In this document: piece after piece, positions 1 through 10,122 of the stretch
Layout of the letters: every line of letters begins with the position of its first letter
Numbering within the stretch: position 1 is the first letter of the stretch
Assembly: GCA_964648105.1 (NCBI GenBank)
Contig: CAZYMH010000002.1
Coordinates: forward strand, 54,101-118,100
Reading direction: 5' to 3'
Source of the DNA: an uncultured Candidatus Saccharibacteria bacterium
GTDB lineage: Bacteria; Patescibacteriota; Saccharimonadia; Saccharimonadales; 2-12-FULL-41-12
Length of the DNA stretch: 64,000 bases
The notes under the pieces: generated by a model
Seen by the model: only the letters and a program-made list of their open reading frames with translations
Told to the model about the DNA's origin: nothing
The model's database searches: none
Made by a program: the position numbers and the translations under genes

Positions 1-695
1 ATTTTAACTCCCTTTTGATCACCGCGAGAACTATTATAATTAATAATTCCCCCTCCTGACGAGTTTTTTGGAAAAGCATAGGCAACCATCGAATCACTTA
101 TGTAGGCATCTTTACTATTTAAGCCTCGTTTAAATAGTTCTAACCGTAACCCGCCAATACGACAGTTAGTGGCAGCTGCAGAAGTAGGTAATGTATTGCC
201 ACCAAAGTTGCAGCTAGCTAAGTTTGCGGGTGAAACTTTCCATGACACTTTTAGGGTATTTACTAGTGATGCTGGCTTGATCAAAAATAAATCAGAGTTA
301 TCGCTGCTATTTTCGCTAACCAAATAGCTTGGCTGGCGGTTATATTTAACACATGTGTATCTATTTGTTCCATCTATGTCTAAGAAATTTTTGGGGTAAT
401 CAGCTCCAGGGAAACTACCTGAAAATTGGTTTGGGTCACATTCTTTTTTTTCAATAGGTAACGCTGGATTATTTTTATTTTTATTAATAAATTTAGTCCA
501 ATCGTTTATCCCCGATTCAGCGTTATAAAAAGCTTGATCACTCAGCTGCCTATCGAGCGACTGGCGACCTTCGCGGGTGGCATTACGGACCATTGCCAAG
601 ATTATTAGGCTCATTAGCAAAATAATTATTATAGTGACAAATATAGATACAATGCCTTGTTCGTTGTGCTTGATTGATAAATGGTTTTTCTTCAT
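1..695 (-). CDS. minor pilin-like protein with PilX_N-type N-terminus (3' end runs off the window)
   Basis: ATG at 695, 13 nt after the stop of the preceding pseudopilin gene. The frame stays open to position 1, so it has no stop and is absent from the ORF track. N-terminus MKKNHLSIKHNEQGIVSIFVTIIIILLMSLIILAMV...QAFYNAESG has a polar leader, a hydrophobic helix and a QA..AE.G motif, as in PilX/TadG N-terminal domains. Confidence 0.55.
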   Translation of the reverse strand, partial: MKKNHLSIKHNEQGIVSIFVTIIIILLMSLIILAMVRNATREGRQSLDRQLSDQAFYNAESGINDWTKFINKNKNNPALPIEKKECDPNQFSGSFPGADYPKNFLDIDGTNRYTCVKYNRQPSYLVSENSSDNSDLFLIKPASLVNTLKVSWKVSPANLASCNFGGNTLPTSAAATNCRIGGLRLELFKRGLNSKDAYISDSMVAYAFPKNSSGGGIINYNSSRGDQKGVK

Positions 696-707
696 AATCT
701 TTACCTT

Positions 708-1424
708 TTATTTTATACGTCTTTTCAGGGTTGTGTCTAGCTTAGATACGGCACAAAAACTTCCACCAGATTGGTTTGAGGTGCAGCGAGCTTCTGTGGC
801 TTTGGCTGGATCTTTGAAGATTATATCACTCATAGCCGTACCGCTATTATCGACAAACAAATCTCCGTCGCCATAAGCAATGCCTACTTTTATGTTCCAC
901 AAGTTATTATTAGGATCGCCCACTTGACCTAAACTAAACTCTGTTAGACGCATGTTTTTTGATAAAAGCTGTCTTTTTTCGAGTTGGCAACTCTGCAAAG
1001 TAATTGGACATAGTGAACATGACGAAGCATTAATACCTTTTAGAGTACCATCTGGATTGTACTCATAAGTACCTAGCCTAATTGCTACCAGACCAATTTG
1101 ACCTGGACTATTTAAGGTTGCTGCTGGATCATCTACTTTTGTACCAATCGTGTAATAATACCTTGTATCTCCCATGCACAAAATTTTGACCGAACCATTA
1201 TTAAATTCGGGTCTACTTCCAGAAAATTGCAATGACTTACTTAATTCCTCGGATATAGTCCGAGCCTTCTCTTGAGTCTTCGACAAAGTGACGCCTTTAT
1301 AAAAAATCTTACCTAAATATATTATGCCGCTAGTAGCAACTAGCAAAATAACACTGAAGATCGCAGTAGCGATTAAAAGCTCGAGTATAGTAAAGCCAGC
1401 TTGTTTATTGATTTGACGGTTCAT
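708..1424 (-). CDS. type IV pilin-like minor pilin (prepilin-type N-terminal cleavage/methylation signal)
   Basis: N-terminus NKQAG/FTILELLIATAIFSVILLV has G-1, F+1 and E+5 followed by a hydrophobic helix. It lies in the pilus operon and its start overlaps the upstream stop at 1424. Confidence 0.8.
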   Translation of the reverse strand: MNRQINKQAGFTILELLIATAIFSVILLVATSGIIYLGKIFYKGVTLSKTQEKARTISEELSKSLQFSGSRPEFNNGSVKILCMGDTRYYYTIGTKVDDPAATLNSPGQIGLVAIRLGTYEYNPDGTLKGINASSCSLCPITLQSCQLEKRQLLSKNMRLTEFSLGQVGDPNNNLWNIKVGIAYGDGDLFVDNSGTAMSDIIFKDPAKATEARCTSNQSGGSFCAVSKLDTTLKRRIK

Positions 1425-1912
1425 TAGTTAGTTGCCTCACGCGGGCTATAAACTTTGTAAGGCATAGCAACTTTGTTGTAGCCATTGCCCGAGACGGCTT
1501 CCCAGACTACATAAGCCGTATAAACATTTTTATAGTCAGTTCCACTGCCTCTAGTAACGTAGAAATTATAATAATTATTCTTGCAGTTATCGGGGCTACT
1601 TATAGTTCCATTGGTATTATTAACATAAGCAATAGATTTTTGGACTTGGGCATTCGGACCTATGCCAGGAGTTAAACAAAATGACTGACGTTCAGGTATA
1701 TCACTAGGATCACCATTAGCCATATATGCTTTAAGCATCTCTAGCTGAGAAATAGCCATTTTGCTTGCCTCGCCCCGCTCTTGAGCGGTGCGGGTGGTAG
1801 CTGACGAGCGATTAGCTAGTGTAAAGGTGCTTGCCAAAATTAAGCTAAGAACCGCGACAGCTATCAAAACCTCCATGATAGTATCTCCAGATTGTGACTT
1901 AATCAGCGACAT
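1424..1912 (-). CDS. type IV pilin-like minor pilin
   Basis: KSQSG/DTIMEVLIAVAVLSLILAST has G-1, E+5 and a hydrophobic helix, with an atypical Asp at +1. It is translationally coupled on both sides (1-nt overlaps at 1424 and 1912). Confidence 0.7.
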   Translation of the reverse strand: MSLIKSQSGDTIMEVLIAVAVLSLILASTFTLANRSSATTRTAQERGEASKMAISQLEMLKAYMANGDPSDIPERQSFCLTPGIGPNAQVQKSIAYVNNTNGTISSPDNCKNNYYNFYVTRGSGTDYKNVYTAYVVWEAVSGNGYNKVAMPYKVYSPREATN

Positions 1913-2820
1913 TAACTACACTCCGACGGTGTATTATCGATAAATCTCTCTATAGTTTGGTTGGCAGATATTACTAAAGCCGCTTTACGCCCATTCCCAT
2001 CTTGAGCAAGACAAATAGTAATGGTATTTGTACCTTCTATTGGGAAAAAATCCTCTTTACTGGGGTAGTGAGAGGTAGTTGACTCTCCCTTATATGCATA
2101 TAGTTTAGAGCGTGAGGAATTACCAGTTTTAGATTTATTCAAGCCTTCTTCACCTGCAAAATCAGGTACACTTGCAAATCCAGTTATTATATTAGAGTTA
2201 AAACTACGATTAACTGAATTAGCAGCACGGGGATTTTTTAGTAATAATTTTGTCACCTGCAATTGGTATTGAATATCTCTTTCTTCTCTTACCCCAGGAT
2301 TGACGGCCGTTAAATCTCCTGTCTTGCCAACTCCTCCCAGTAAAAGTGTACAGTTCATTTTATCAAAATCAGCATCTTCTGCGGAGACCATAGTATGAAT
2401 AAAATATTTATTGTACATTTTGTTTCCACCAGTAAAGTCACTCACAGGCATACTCACTAATTTCCCGGCAAAAATACAATCACCATTCGATCCTTGTTCT
2501 TGATTGCCAACAGACTGAAGTATAGGTAAATTATGTCTTTCCCATGTATCATAATATGTTGTACACTTTATTTTTGAGTTTGATGGGAAATAACCGACAG
2601 ATACATCGTTGAATATATCTTGGAGGTTTTCGTCGAGGTCGACAACCGCCTGCGAGAAGCGAGTCCGATCATTTCGACCGCTCATCATCGTACTGACCGA
2701 CAAAAACAAAGCAGTCGACACAGTCAAAAATACTATCACTTCGATAATTGTATAGCCATACGACGTACTGGCAAGCTTTCTGGCAATTTTTGTATCTGTT
2801 AAGTGTTTTGTAATGGTCAC
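1912..2820 (-). CDS. type IV pilin-like minor pilin (large, 302 aa)
   Basis: After a 22-aa leader comes SYG/YTIIEVIVFLTVSTALFLSV, with G-1, Y+1, E+5 and a hydrophobic helix. It sits immediately downstream of pilD. Confidence 0.7.
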   Translation of the reverse strand: MTITKHLTDTKIARKLASTSYGYTIIEVIVFLTVSTALFLSVSTMMSGRNDRTRFSQAVVDLDENLQDIFNDVSVGYFPSNSKIKCTTYYDTWERHNLPILQSVGNQEQGSNGDCIFAGKLVSMPVSDFTGGNKMYNKYFIHTMVSAEDADFDKMNCTLLLGGVGKTGDLTAVNPGVREERDIQYQLQVTKLLLKNPRAANSVNRSFNSNIITGFASVPDFAGEEGLNKSKTGNSSRSKLYAYKGESTTSHYPSKEDFFPIEGTNTITICLAQDGNGRKAALVISANQTIERFIDNTPSECS

Positions 2821-2871
2821 TTACAAGTCCTACCCTTCTTTGCTTAAAATTATAGCATAAGCCTGATGATT

Positions 2872-3696
2872 TTATCTATATATAAGGTAAGAATAGTACC
2901 AGTCGCTGATTCCTCGACCAAACAGCACAACCACCCAACAGGCCATTATCAGAAACGGTCCAAATGGGATTTTGGTGTTTTTGGTAATTTTCTTGCTCAA
3001 TGTTCGTGGCAAAATGTACATGCAACCTAATAGTGATGCAAAAAAGAGCAACATTACGGCATTTAGTGGAGTTAATGCTAAACTACCCAGCAAAAAGCCA
3101 AGTTTTACATCGCCGCCGCCAATCCACTTCTCGTGAGATACCCTAAATAATATATAAAATATCCCGCCGCCGATAAAAATTGCTAGCACAAGCTCCGAAA
3201 GTGACTTAACAATATCGCTAGTCCCCCATAATTTAGCAATTACAAAAAATATGGCTAGTAGATACAACGGGAAAACAATTTTATTAGGCAATAACATCCA
3301 GCGAAAATCATAAATAATCAATGCTACCAAACCTACCAAGATAAGTAACCAAGCACCAAATGCTAGCCACTCTAACCCTGATATATTTACTGGCCAAAAC
3401 ACGTACGATGCTACGAATAGACCGACCGTAAGTAACTCAACTACTGGGTACTGCCATGATATTTTGTGGTGGCAATACCGACATTTACCCTTTAGCAAAA
3501 CCCAGCTAAGAACTGGAATTAAGTCAATCGCTTTAAGTGTATGCTTGCAGTCCACACACATTGAGCGACCATGCATTATTGAATATTTAGAGCTAGATTT
3601 TTTGGTAGGCTTAGATTGCTTGTAGACTCGCCAAACCAAAGCATTGGCAAAGCTACCGAGGGCAAGCCCCAAAATCACCAAAACTAAAATAACCAT
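2872..3696 (-). CDS. pilD: prepilin peptidase / N-methyltransferase (peptidase A24)
   Basis: Polytopic membrane protein. It has a CVDC...CRYC zinc-finger pair, the aspartyl-protease motif GGGDVKLG and the first-Asp context IIYDFRWMLLP. Confidence 0.9.
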   Translation of the reverse strand: MVILVLVILGLALGSFANALVWRVYKQSKPTKKSSSKYSIMHGRSMCVDCKHTLKAIDLIPVLSWVLLKGKCRYCHHKISWQYPVVELLTVGLFVASYVFWPVNISGLEWLAFGAWLLILVGLVALIIYDFRWMLLPNKIVFPLYLLAIFFVIAKLWGTSDIVKSLSELVLAIFIGGGIFYILFRVSHEKWIGGGDVKLGFLLGSLALTPLNAVMLLFFASLLGCMYILPRTLSKKITKNTKIPFGPFLIMACWVVVLFGRGISDWYYSYLIYR

Positions 3697-3758
3697 AAAC
3701 GAATTCTAACATAAAAAAGAACCTAAATCTTAGACTCTTTTTTATTTTTATTTAGAAA

Positions 3759-4232
3759 TTAACTTTCTTGGCAGACAGTAGCTGGGCTACCTGAAGTCTC
3801 TGACTGGTACAACACTGCGATATTCCTCGATGTAGCTCCAGTTGAAGTAGCTGACTGAGATGGATATGTTCCAGCACACTTAGCCCCAATTACAATATCA
3901 ACATTGTCTGCTCCACTACTGGATACAGAAGCTCCCTTTGCAGTATATTTAACATTTGTTTTGTCATACAAACTAATCTTCGCATTACTTAGTGCAGAGT
4001 CTAATTGAGCTTGAGTAGTTGGAACTTTTCCATCATTATTACTACTATACTCGCTGATAGCAGCCAAAATGGCACTTACATCATTCTTACGTTGAGTGTT
4101 ACGGCTATTTCGTTGAAGAGCTGGTACGGCCAAAAAGACTATTAATATAATCAGCCCAGCAATTGCTAGCACAATCAAAACCTCGATAATCGTGAAGCCT
4201 TCTTCTCTTTTAGATTTGTACAGTTGTTTCAT
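3759..4232 (-). CDS. pilA: major type IV pilin
   Basis: KREEG/FTIIEVLIVLAIAGLIILIVFLAVPALQRN is a class III signal. A C-terminal Cys pair (C..C, D-region-like) is present. The gene has its own promoter-like motif and a GGGGG SD. Confidence 0.85.
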   Translation of the reverse strand: MKQLYKSKREEGFTIIEVLIVLAIAGLIILIVFLAVPALQRNSRNTQRKNDVSAILAAISEYSSNNDGKVPTTQAQLDSALSNAKISLYDKTNVKYTAKGASVSSSGADNVDIVIGAKCAGTYPSQSATSTGATSRNIAVLYQSETSGSPATVCQES

Positions 4233-4273
4233 TCTATGCCCCCTAGAAGGTGATTATTATTGATTATGAGTTT

Positions 4274-4302
4274 AATATACCAATTATGCTTAGGTTTAGC
4301 AA
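4274..4302 (-). promoter_or_regulatory. candidate sigma-70-type promoter for pilA
   Basis: On the minus strand, TTGCTA (4302-4297), a 17-nt spacer and TATATT (4279-4274) lie in the 75-nt pilC-pilA spacer, about 40 nt upstream of the pilA ATG. Confidence 0.45.
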
Positions 4303-4307
4303 CCTTA

Positions 4308-5525
4308 TCAACGGATTAGGTTTTTGCCTGCTAGGCCATAAATAGGCAGTAAAACCGCTGCCACAATCACAAAGGCCACAACACCTAATATAACCATCAA
4401 TAGCGGCTCGATAATTGTGCTAATTGTCTTGATAGCATTGTCGACTTCTTTTTCGTAGTAATCAGCTGTTTTGGCCATCATGTCCTCTAAAGCACCAGAT
4501 TCTTCACCAATCCGTAACATATTGGGTACCAACACCAAAAAGTTTGGGTCGCCCTCTAGAGCATCGGCCAAAGATTTGCCACCTTTTACCTTCTCAATAG
4601 CGTTATTAATAGATCTCTCGACATGAACATTATTGATAGACTGCGATATAACCTCTAACGACTGAATAAGCGGTACTCCACTAGCCACCAAAGTTGTGCC
4701 TGTGCGAGCAAATCTTGCCATGTAAACCTTCATGAATAACGAGCCAAATGGCCACGCTCTCATTTTGATTTTGTCGACAAACTCTTTGCCTGGACCTGTG
4801 CGAGCATAGCGACTGCCCATAAATACCGAAAAGCTCAAGATTAAGATTACTAACCACCAATATTTAACCGTAAAGTCCGATACTGCTAGTAACGCTCGAG
4901 TGATAAATGGCAATGACGCACCCGGAATATCCTGATAGATTACTTTCACTTGTGGCAAAACTTTAACTATCATAAAGCCAACAACTAGTAGCATAACCAA
5001 AATTACGATTGCTGGGTAAGCCATAGCTCCCCGGATTTTGGAAGCAATTTCGGCGTCTTTTTCTTGCTGGAAAGCAATTCTTTCGAGAGCTGTGTCTAAG
5101 TTACCCGACACTTCACCTGCGGCAATTAAGTTGACATAGATATTATTAAAAACTTTCGGGTGTTTTTTTAGGGCTTCACTTAAGGCACTACCACCTTCGA
5201 CATCGGCGATAATTTTGTTGATAACTACTTTAAATGCTTTATTTTCGGTTTGGTCAGCAACATTTCGGAGGCTTTGGACCAGCGGCAATCCAGCATTAAT
5301 CAGCGTCGACATTTGCCGAGAGAAAACAATTTTTTGCTTGGTCGAAATATGATTACGAAACCTTTGAAGTCCTTTATCACTTACACCGATTGGTTTGATC
5401 GACAGTGGAGCCAAACCTTGGTTTTGAATGGCTTTGGCAGCAGACATTTCGTTGGCGGCTTCCACCATCGACTTTACCTTTTGACCTGTACTTGGGTCAC
5501 GAGCTTCGTATTCAAAACTTAGCAT
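4308..5525 (-). CDS. pilC: type IV pilus platform protein (GspF/PilC family)
   Basis: 405 aa with two T2SS-F repeats, three TM segments, and family-typical length and order after pilB/pilT. Confidence 0.9.
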   Translation of the reverse strand: MLSFEYEARDPSTGQKVKSMVEAANEMSAAKAIQNQGLAPLSIKPIGVSDKGLQRFRNHISTKQKIVFSRQMSTLINAGLPLVQSLRNVADQTENKAFKVVINKIIADVEGGSALSEALKKHPKVFNNIYVNLIAAGEVSGNLDTALERIAFQQEKDAEIASKIRGAMAYPAIVILVMLLVVGFMIVKVLPQVKVIYQDIPGASLPFITRALLAVSDFTVKYWWLVILILSFSVFMGSRYARTGPGKEFVDKIKMRAWPFGSLFMKVYMARFARTGTTLVASGVPLIQSLEVISQSINNVHVERSINNAIEKVKGGKSLADALEGDPNFLVLVPNMLRIGEESGALEDMMAKTADYYEKEVDNAIKTISTIIEPLLMVILGVVAFVIVAAVLLPIYGLAGKNLIR

Positions 5526-5533
5526 TTTATGGT

Positions 5534-6604
5534 CTAGCCTCGCATTAACCTATCAAGTTCATCGATATCTACCGAGAAATTACGAGCTTCTTCATAAGAA
5601 ATCGTGCCAGCATGAATCAGGGATACTAAAGTTTTGTCCATACTCTGCATGCCATGTTCGGCACCAGTTTGGATAACTGCATCAAGTTGATGAGTCTTGC
5701 CTTCTCGAACGATGTTACGTACTGCAGGTGTAGCCACCAAAACTTCAGCAGCTGCTACTCGCCCACCGCCAATTGTTGGAACCAACCTTTGCGAGCAAAT
5801 GGCCATAAGAATATTGCTAAGCTGTGAACGCACTTGAGGTTGCTGGTGAGGTGGAAATACATCAATCATACGATCAATACTCTGAGCGGCCGAGTTAGTG
5901 TGAAGCGTCGCAAACACCAAATGACCAGTCTCGGCGATTGTAATAGCTGCCGCAATTGTCTCAAGATCACGCATCTCACCTAGCAAAACTACATCTGGAT
6001 CTTGACGGAGCGAAGACCTTAGAGCAGCCGAAAAAGAATACGTATCGTAGTGAACTTCACGTTGAACAATTACAGATTTTTTGCTTTTGTGCGTAAACTC
6101 AATTGGATCTTCAATAGTTATTATATGTGTGGCCCGCTCGGAATTTATTTTGTCTACTATGGCTGCTAAAGAAGTTGATTTACCAGAGCCAGTTGGACCT
6201 GTCACCAAAACTAATCCACGAGGGTAATTGGCAAACTTTTCCATAATTTTTGGCAAGCCTAGTTGATCGATAGTCAAAATCTCGTTAGGTATAAGACGCA
6301 AAGCTGCTGCCAAATTACCTCGCTCATGAAAAGCGTTAACCCTAAATCTTCCAAGATCGCCAAATGCAAAACTAAAGTCGAATTCTTTGTCTTTTAGCAA
6401 GATTTGCTTTTGTTCGTCATCCAAAATTGCAAAAACTAAGCTCTCGACCATTTCTTCGGTCAAGACAGGCGTGCCAGCAATCGGAGCCAAAGCTCCATCG
6501 ACACGCAAAATTGGTGACAAACCAACTTGCAAATGAAGATCAGAGGCTTTTTTCTTTATAACCTCTTCGAGTAGTAGTTCTATGCGTAATGTTTGTGTTC
6601 CCAC
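5534..6604 (-). CDS. pilT: twitching-motility retraction ATPase
   Basis: 356 aa with Walker A GPTGSGKST, Walker B/Asp box VVLLGEMRD and a His box TLHTNSAAQSIDR. It lacks the long N-terminal domain of PilB. Confidence 0.9.
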   Translation of the reverse strand: MGTQTLRIELLLEEVIKKKASDLHLQVGLSPILRVDGALAPIAGTPVLTEEMVESLVFAILDDEQKQILLKDKEFDFSFAFGDLGRFRVNAFHERGNLAAALRLIPNEILTIDQLGLPKIMEKFANYPRGLVLVTGPTGSGKSTSLAAIVDKINSERATHIITIEDPIEFTHKSKKSVIVQREVHYDTYSFSAALRSSLRQDPDVVLLGEMRDLETIAAAITIAETGHLVFATLHTNSAAQSIDRMIDVFPPHQQPQVRSQLSNILMAICSQRLVPTIGGGRVAAAEVLVATPAVRNIVREGKTHQLDAVIQTGAEHGMQSMDKTLVSLIHAGTISYEEARNFSVDIDELDRLMRG

Positions 6605-6617
6605 CTATTCACCCTCC

Positions 6618-8417
6618 TTAGGCACTATCTGCAGCCGCAACGCGGTTTACTTCACTTACGGTAGTTAGCCCTGCTAAAGCTTTGAGATATCCGTCTTCTC
6701 GCATGTCAATCATGCCGTTTTCTCTAGCAACCTTCTGGATTTCGCTACTGGTTGCACGCTCTAGAATCAGTTTTTGGATTGCTTCATCAACCTCAAATAC
6801 TTCATAAAGTCCCATTCGGCCTTTATAGCCAGATGGAGTTTCGGGGCTATCTTTACCCTTGTATAAAGTATAAGCGTTTTCGGTACTAAGTGGCAAGTTT
6901 TCGTAGCCTAAATCTTCACTAATTTTAGCTTTTACCTCTTCTGTTGGCGGCAAAAGATGGCCAATATTTTGATGAATTGCCTCGATTTCTGTAGCCGAGG
7001 CGTTATAATTAGACTTATTTTTATCGGCAATTCGGCGAACTAAACGCTGACCAATCACTGTTCTTACGGTAGAAGCGATCAAAAATGGCTCAATGCCCAT
7101 ATCGAGTAGCCTAGGCAAAATTCCAGCCGCCGAATTGGTGTGCAAAGTACTAAAAACAAGGTGGCCAGTCAGGGCTGCTTGGACCGCCAAATTAGCAGTT
7201 TCTTTATCACGAATCTCACCGACCATCACTACATCTGGATCTTGACGCAAGATTGACCTCAAGCCAGATGCAAAGGTCAAGCCAACTTCTGCATTAACCT
7301 GTATCTGGTTAATTCCTTCCATTTTGTATTCGACAGGATCTTCCAGAGTAACGATGTTTATAGTGTCATTCTTGATTTCTTGCAGGAGTGCATACAACGA
7401 AGTTGATTTACCAGAGCCAGTCGGACCAGAGGTAAGAATCATGCCATTAGAGTATTCTAGGCCTTTGCGAATAGTTTTTAAGGCCCTGCCTTTGTAGCCC
7501 ATAGCTTCGAGTTTGAGCGAAGTGCCAGATTTATCGAGCAACCTAATCACCACTTGCTCACCCCAGACAACTGGACTGATGGCAATACGTAGGTCAATTG
7601 GCTTGTCGACTACCATAACTGTAAATTGGCCGTCTTGCGGAATTCGATGTTCGTCAATCTTGAGGTTACTCAAAATTTTGATACGTGATACTAGTGGCGG
7701 CTCAGTTTCTTTAGGTAATTTCATAATTTCTCTTAGCACACCATCGATTCGGCAACGAATTTTCAGCTCATGTTCTAACGGCTCAATGTGTATATCACTG
7801 GCTCGGCTTTTAGCAGCATACTCCAATATTGATGACAAAGCTTTGCTAATCGGCGAGTCTTGGACAATGGTTTTGATTGGATTATCGGTAACTTGAACAT
7901 CCTGGAGCTGCTGAGAGCCTTGCTCGCCCGTCTTGATATTGACACCAATTGCTTTGGCGACATCGGCCTCGACGTCTTCGTCATACTGCTTGATGACCTT
8001 ACGAATACCCTCTTCGCTAGCCGTATAAACTTTGAGTTGTCGGCCAATCCGATTGGCCAAAAAATCCACCGCTTGAACATTATCGGCGTCCAACATAGCA
8101 ACCACTAATTTACCGTCAATTTGGCCGAGCGGTACGGCCATATAACGCTCCGCAACTTCTTTGGATAATAACCGCAAAATATCTTTCTCGATGTGGGCGT
8201 CAAGCAAATTTACGTATGGTACTCGATTAACTTTGGCAATAGCTTTAGTCAAAAACTCACTCGACACATGGCCATCATCAATCAGCGATTCAATAAGCGG
8301 CTTAGAATTTTTAGCAACATTTTCTTTGACAGCCGCTAATTGTTCTCGAGTAATTTGGTTTTCGGCCAGCAAAATATCTTCAATTTGCTTTTGATTGGCC
8401 TCTGATAGAATGCTCAT
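6618..8417 (-). CDS. pilB: type IV pilus assembly (extension) ATPase, GspE/PilB family
   Basis: 599 aa with a T2SSE_N-like N-terminal domain, Walker A GPTGSGKST, VVMVGEIRD and TLHTNSAAG. Confidence 0.9.
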   Translation of the reverse strand: MSILSEANQKQIEDILLAENQITREQLAAVKENVAKNSKPLIESLIDDGHVSSEFLTKAIAKVNRVPYVNLLDAHIEKDILRLLSKEVAERYMAVPLGQIDGKLVVAMLDADNVQAVDFLANRIGRQLKVYTASEEGIRKVIKQYDEDVEADVAKAIGVNIKTGEQGSQQLQDVQVTDNPIKTIVQDSPISKALSSILEYAAKSRASDIHIEPLEHELKIRCRIDGVLREIMKLPKETEPPLVSRIKILSNLKIDEHRIPQDGQFTVMVVDKPIDLRIAISPVVWGEQVVIRLLDKSGTSLKLEAMGYKGRALKTIRKGLEYSNGMILTSGPTGSGKSTSLYALLQEIKNDTINIVTLEDPVEYKMEGINQIQVNAEVGLTFASGLRSILRQDPDVVMVGEIRDKETANLAVQAALTGHLVFSTLHTNSAAGILPRLLDMGIEPFLIASTVRTVIGQRLVRRIADKNKSNYNASATEIEAIHQNIGHLLPPTEEVKAKISEDLGYENLPLSTENAYTLYKGKDSPETPSGYKGRMGLYEVFEVDEAIQKLILERATSSEIQKVARENGMIDMREDGYLKALAGLTTVSEVNRVAAADSA

Positions 8418-8432
8418 TAATTAAGCCCTACC

Positions 8433-8669
8433 TTAAAATGGCTTATCGTTATTTCCGTCACCAATTTGAATATTTTTGGTTGGGTTGACACTTTCGCTAT
8501 TGAAATATCTTTTGTCAGGTTGCTTAAATTCCGAGCTGATTTCGTCTATTTTGTAGGCTTTAAGGATTTTGACAGATTTCGGCGTAAAGATTAAATTCGA
8601 TGCCACCATAGAGAAGATACCAGCAAAAATTGCCACCGCCAAAATTACAAATAAGTCATTTTTTTTCAT
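8433..8669 (-). CDS. small single-pass membrane protein inside the pilus operon (function unknown)
   Basis: 78 aa with an N-terminal TM helix FVILAVAIFAGIFSMVASNLIF. Its start overlaps the stop of the pilO-like gene by 4 nt (8666-8669). Confidence 0.45.
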   Translation of the reverse strand: MKKNDLFVILAVAIFAGIFSMVASNLIFTPKSVKILKAYKIDEISSEFKQPDKRYFNSESVNPTKNIQIGDGNNDKPF

Positions 8670-9346
8670 TTTTTAACTGTCTCCTGCGTCACATTCATTT
8701 TTTTCTCGGGCTGGAAGTATGTGTTACCTACAATGCCTATTTTGAGAGTACCACCTTGACTGGTGATCGTCATTTTTTGGACTTGAAACGGCCTGATCGA
8801 CTTCTCAAAATTCTCCATTAACTTCTTGCCATCAGCATTGGCTACTTCAGACTCCATATTAAACGGAATAGAAACTGCCTGAGGACTGACTGAGCCATTG
8901 TTGCCTGCTTGTGCAACTTCATCATCGGTTCCTGTAAATTCTTTTAGCTTAAAACCGTTGCCAGCAACCAATTTATCGATACTTGTCGCCAGAGCTGGAA
9001 AGTCATATTTGCTAGGCAAAGCATCTAGGATTATTTTGGCGTTTTGGCCATCTTTTTCTCCGTTACCTTTTGGATTTCCACCCAGGACATTTTGGGTTGA
9101 GCCATCGAATTCGGCGTAAGCCGTTTTGAGCTTTTCGACTTCTTGTTTGTTTCGTTCGACTCGCCGCAAAGTAACTTCTTGCTTCTTGATAACTTTTGAC
9201 TGATATTGGAACTGACTGAATAACGACTTGCTAGCCACTAGCGAAAATACCACAATAAATGAGGTTATCGCCACTACTAACACAAGAGTTGCATTGGCTT
9301 TGTCGATTGCCAAATGCTTGATAGACAGATTAGGTTTATTAGCCAT
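8666..9346 (-). CDS. pilO: PilO-like pilus alignment protein
   Basis: Built of a TM helix, a coiled coil and a C-terminal domain containing LDALPSKYDFPALATSIDKL, which matches the PilO-type LP...d.p.l motif. It follows pilN, with overlapping junctions. Confidence 0.5.
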   Translation of the reverse strand: MANKPNLSIKHLAIDKANATLVLVVAITSFIVVFSLVASKSLFSQFQYQSKVIKKQEVTLRRVERNKQEVEKLKTAYAEFDGSTQNVLGGNPKGNGEKDGQNAKIILDALPSKYDFPALATSIDKLVAGNGFKLKEFTGTDDEVAQAGNNGSVSPQAVSIPFNMESEVANADGKKLMENFEKSIRPFQVQKMTITSQGGTLKIGIVGNTYFQPEKKMNVTQETVKK

Positions 9347-10122
9347 TAATTTTGCCCTCCTGTCTGGGTTGGAGCTGGAGCAGCTTCCACTTTTTTATCA
9401 AATAGGCTCTCAGGTTTTTGAGTTTCGGAACGAGTCGTAATTATTTTCGGCACAACGAGTTTTACATCGTTGCTAAGTGGATTTGAATCTTTGGCGTAAT
9501 TAACAAATATTGCTTCGTCGTACACAAAATTGAGTGCATATGACAAACTTTTGTTAGCCCCTCCACTAGATCCTTGGGAATTAATCGAGAAATTTTCGAG
9601 GACTACTGAGCTAAAGGCTTTACTCTTTTTGGTAGTACCGTCAGTAGAATTTTGCTCATAATCAGTAAACTTTAAGGTGTCAGCAAACTTGTTAACCATG
9701 GCAATCGAGTCGGCATCGCCTTTGAGCTTAATTGTCTTGGCGTCATAGTCGACTTCGACATTACTGATACTAGCATTGGCAGGGGTAACTTGAACCAAAT
9801 AATCAAATAATCTAGATGACATAACTTTTTTGGAGTGCAAATCTGGCAAGCTATTGAGCTGATTTTGGATTGTCAAAATTTTATCCAAATCTTTGTTGCT
9901 CTGCAACTGAGCAACATTACTTTTTATATCTTTTTCTAGATCTGATAGATGTTTAGTCTGGCTAATTCGCACGAATACAAACATCATAATAAACAACGCC
10001 AAGAACACTCCACCGACCAAAAAACAGATGATTGTAATAATTCGTCGCCTGTAAGTAGCCTTGATATACTCGAGTTTTACATCGGGCAGTAGATTAAACT
10101 GGACACGACTCATCCGAGACAT
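9346..10122 (-). CDS. pilN: PilN-like pilus alignment protein
   Basis: N-terminal NLLPDVKLEYIKATYRRR is followed by a TM helix, the characteristic PilN/fimbrial-assembly arrangement. It is directly coupled to pilM. Confidence 0.65.
   Translation of the reverse strand: MSRMSRVQFNLLPDVKLEYIKATYRRRIITIICFLVGGVFLALFIMMFVFVRISQTKHLSDLEKDIKSNVAQLQSNKDLDKILTIQNQLNSLPDLHSKKVMSSRLFDYLVQVTPANASISNVEVDYDAKTIKLKGDADSIAMVNKFADTLKFTDYEQNSTDGTTKKSKAFSSVVLENFSINSQGSSGGANKSLSYALNFVYDEAIFVNYAKDSNPLSNDVKLVVPKIITTRSETQKPESLFDKKVEAAPAPTQTGGQN

Noticed and set aside
577-876. 99-aa plus-strand ORF from the track
   Set aside because: It lies antisense across the junction of two minus-strand pilin-like genes that have clear class III signal peptides. 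It has an odd hydrophobic, low-complexity composition and no promoter or SD.
7513-8394. Several 77-127-aa ORFs on both strands inside pilB (7513..7896+, 7775..8101-, 7860..8108+, 8161..8394+)
   Set aside because: All are antisense or out of frame relative to a full-length, motif-complete PilB ATPase. They are typical shadow ORFs.
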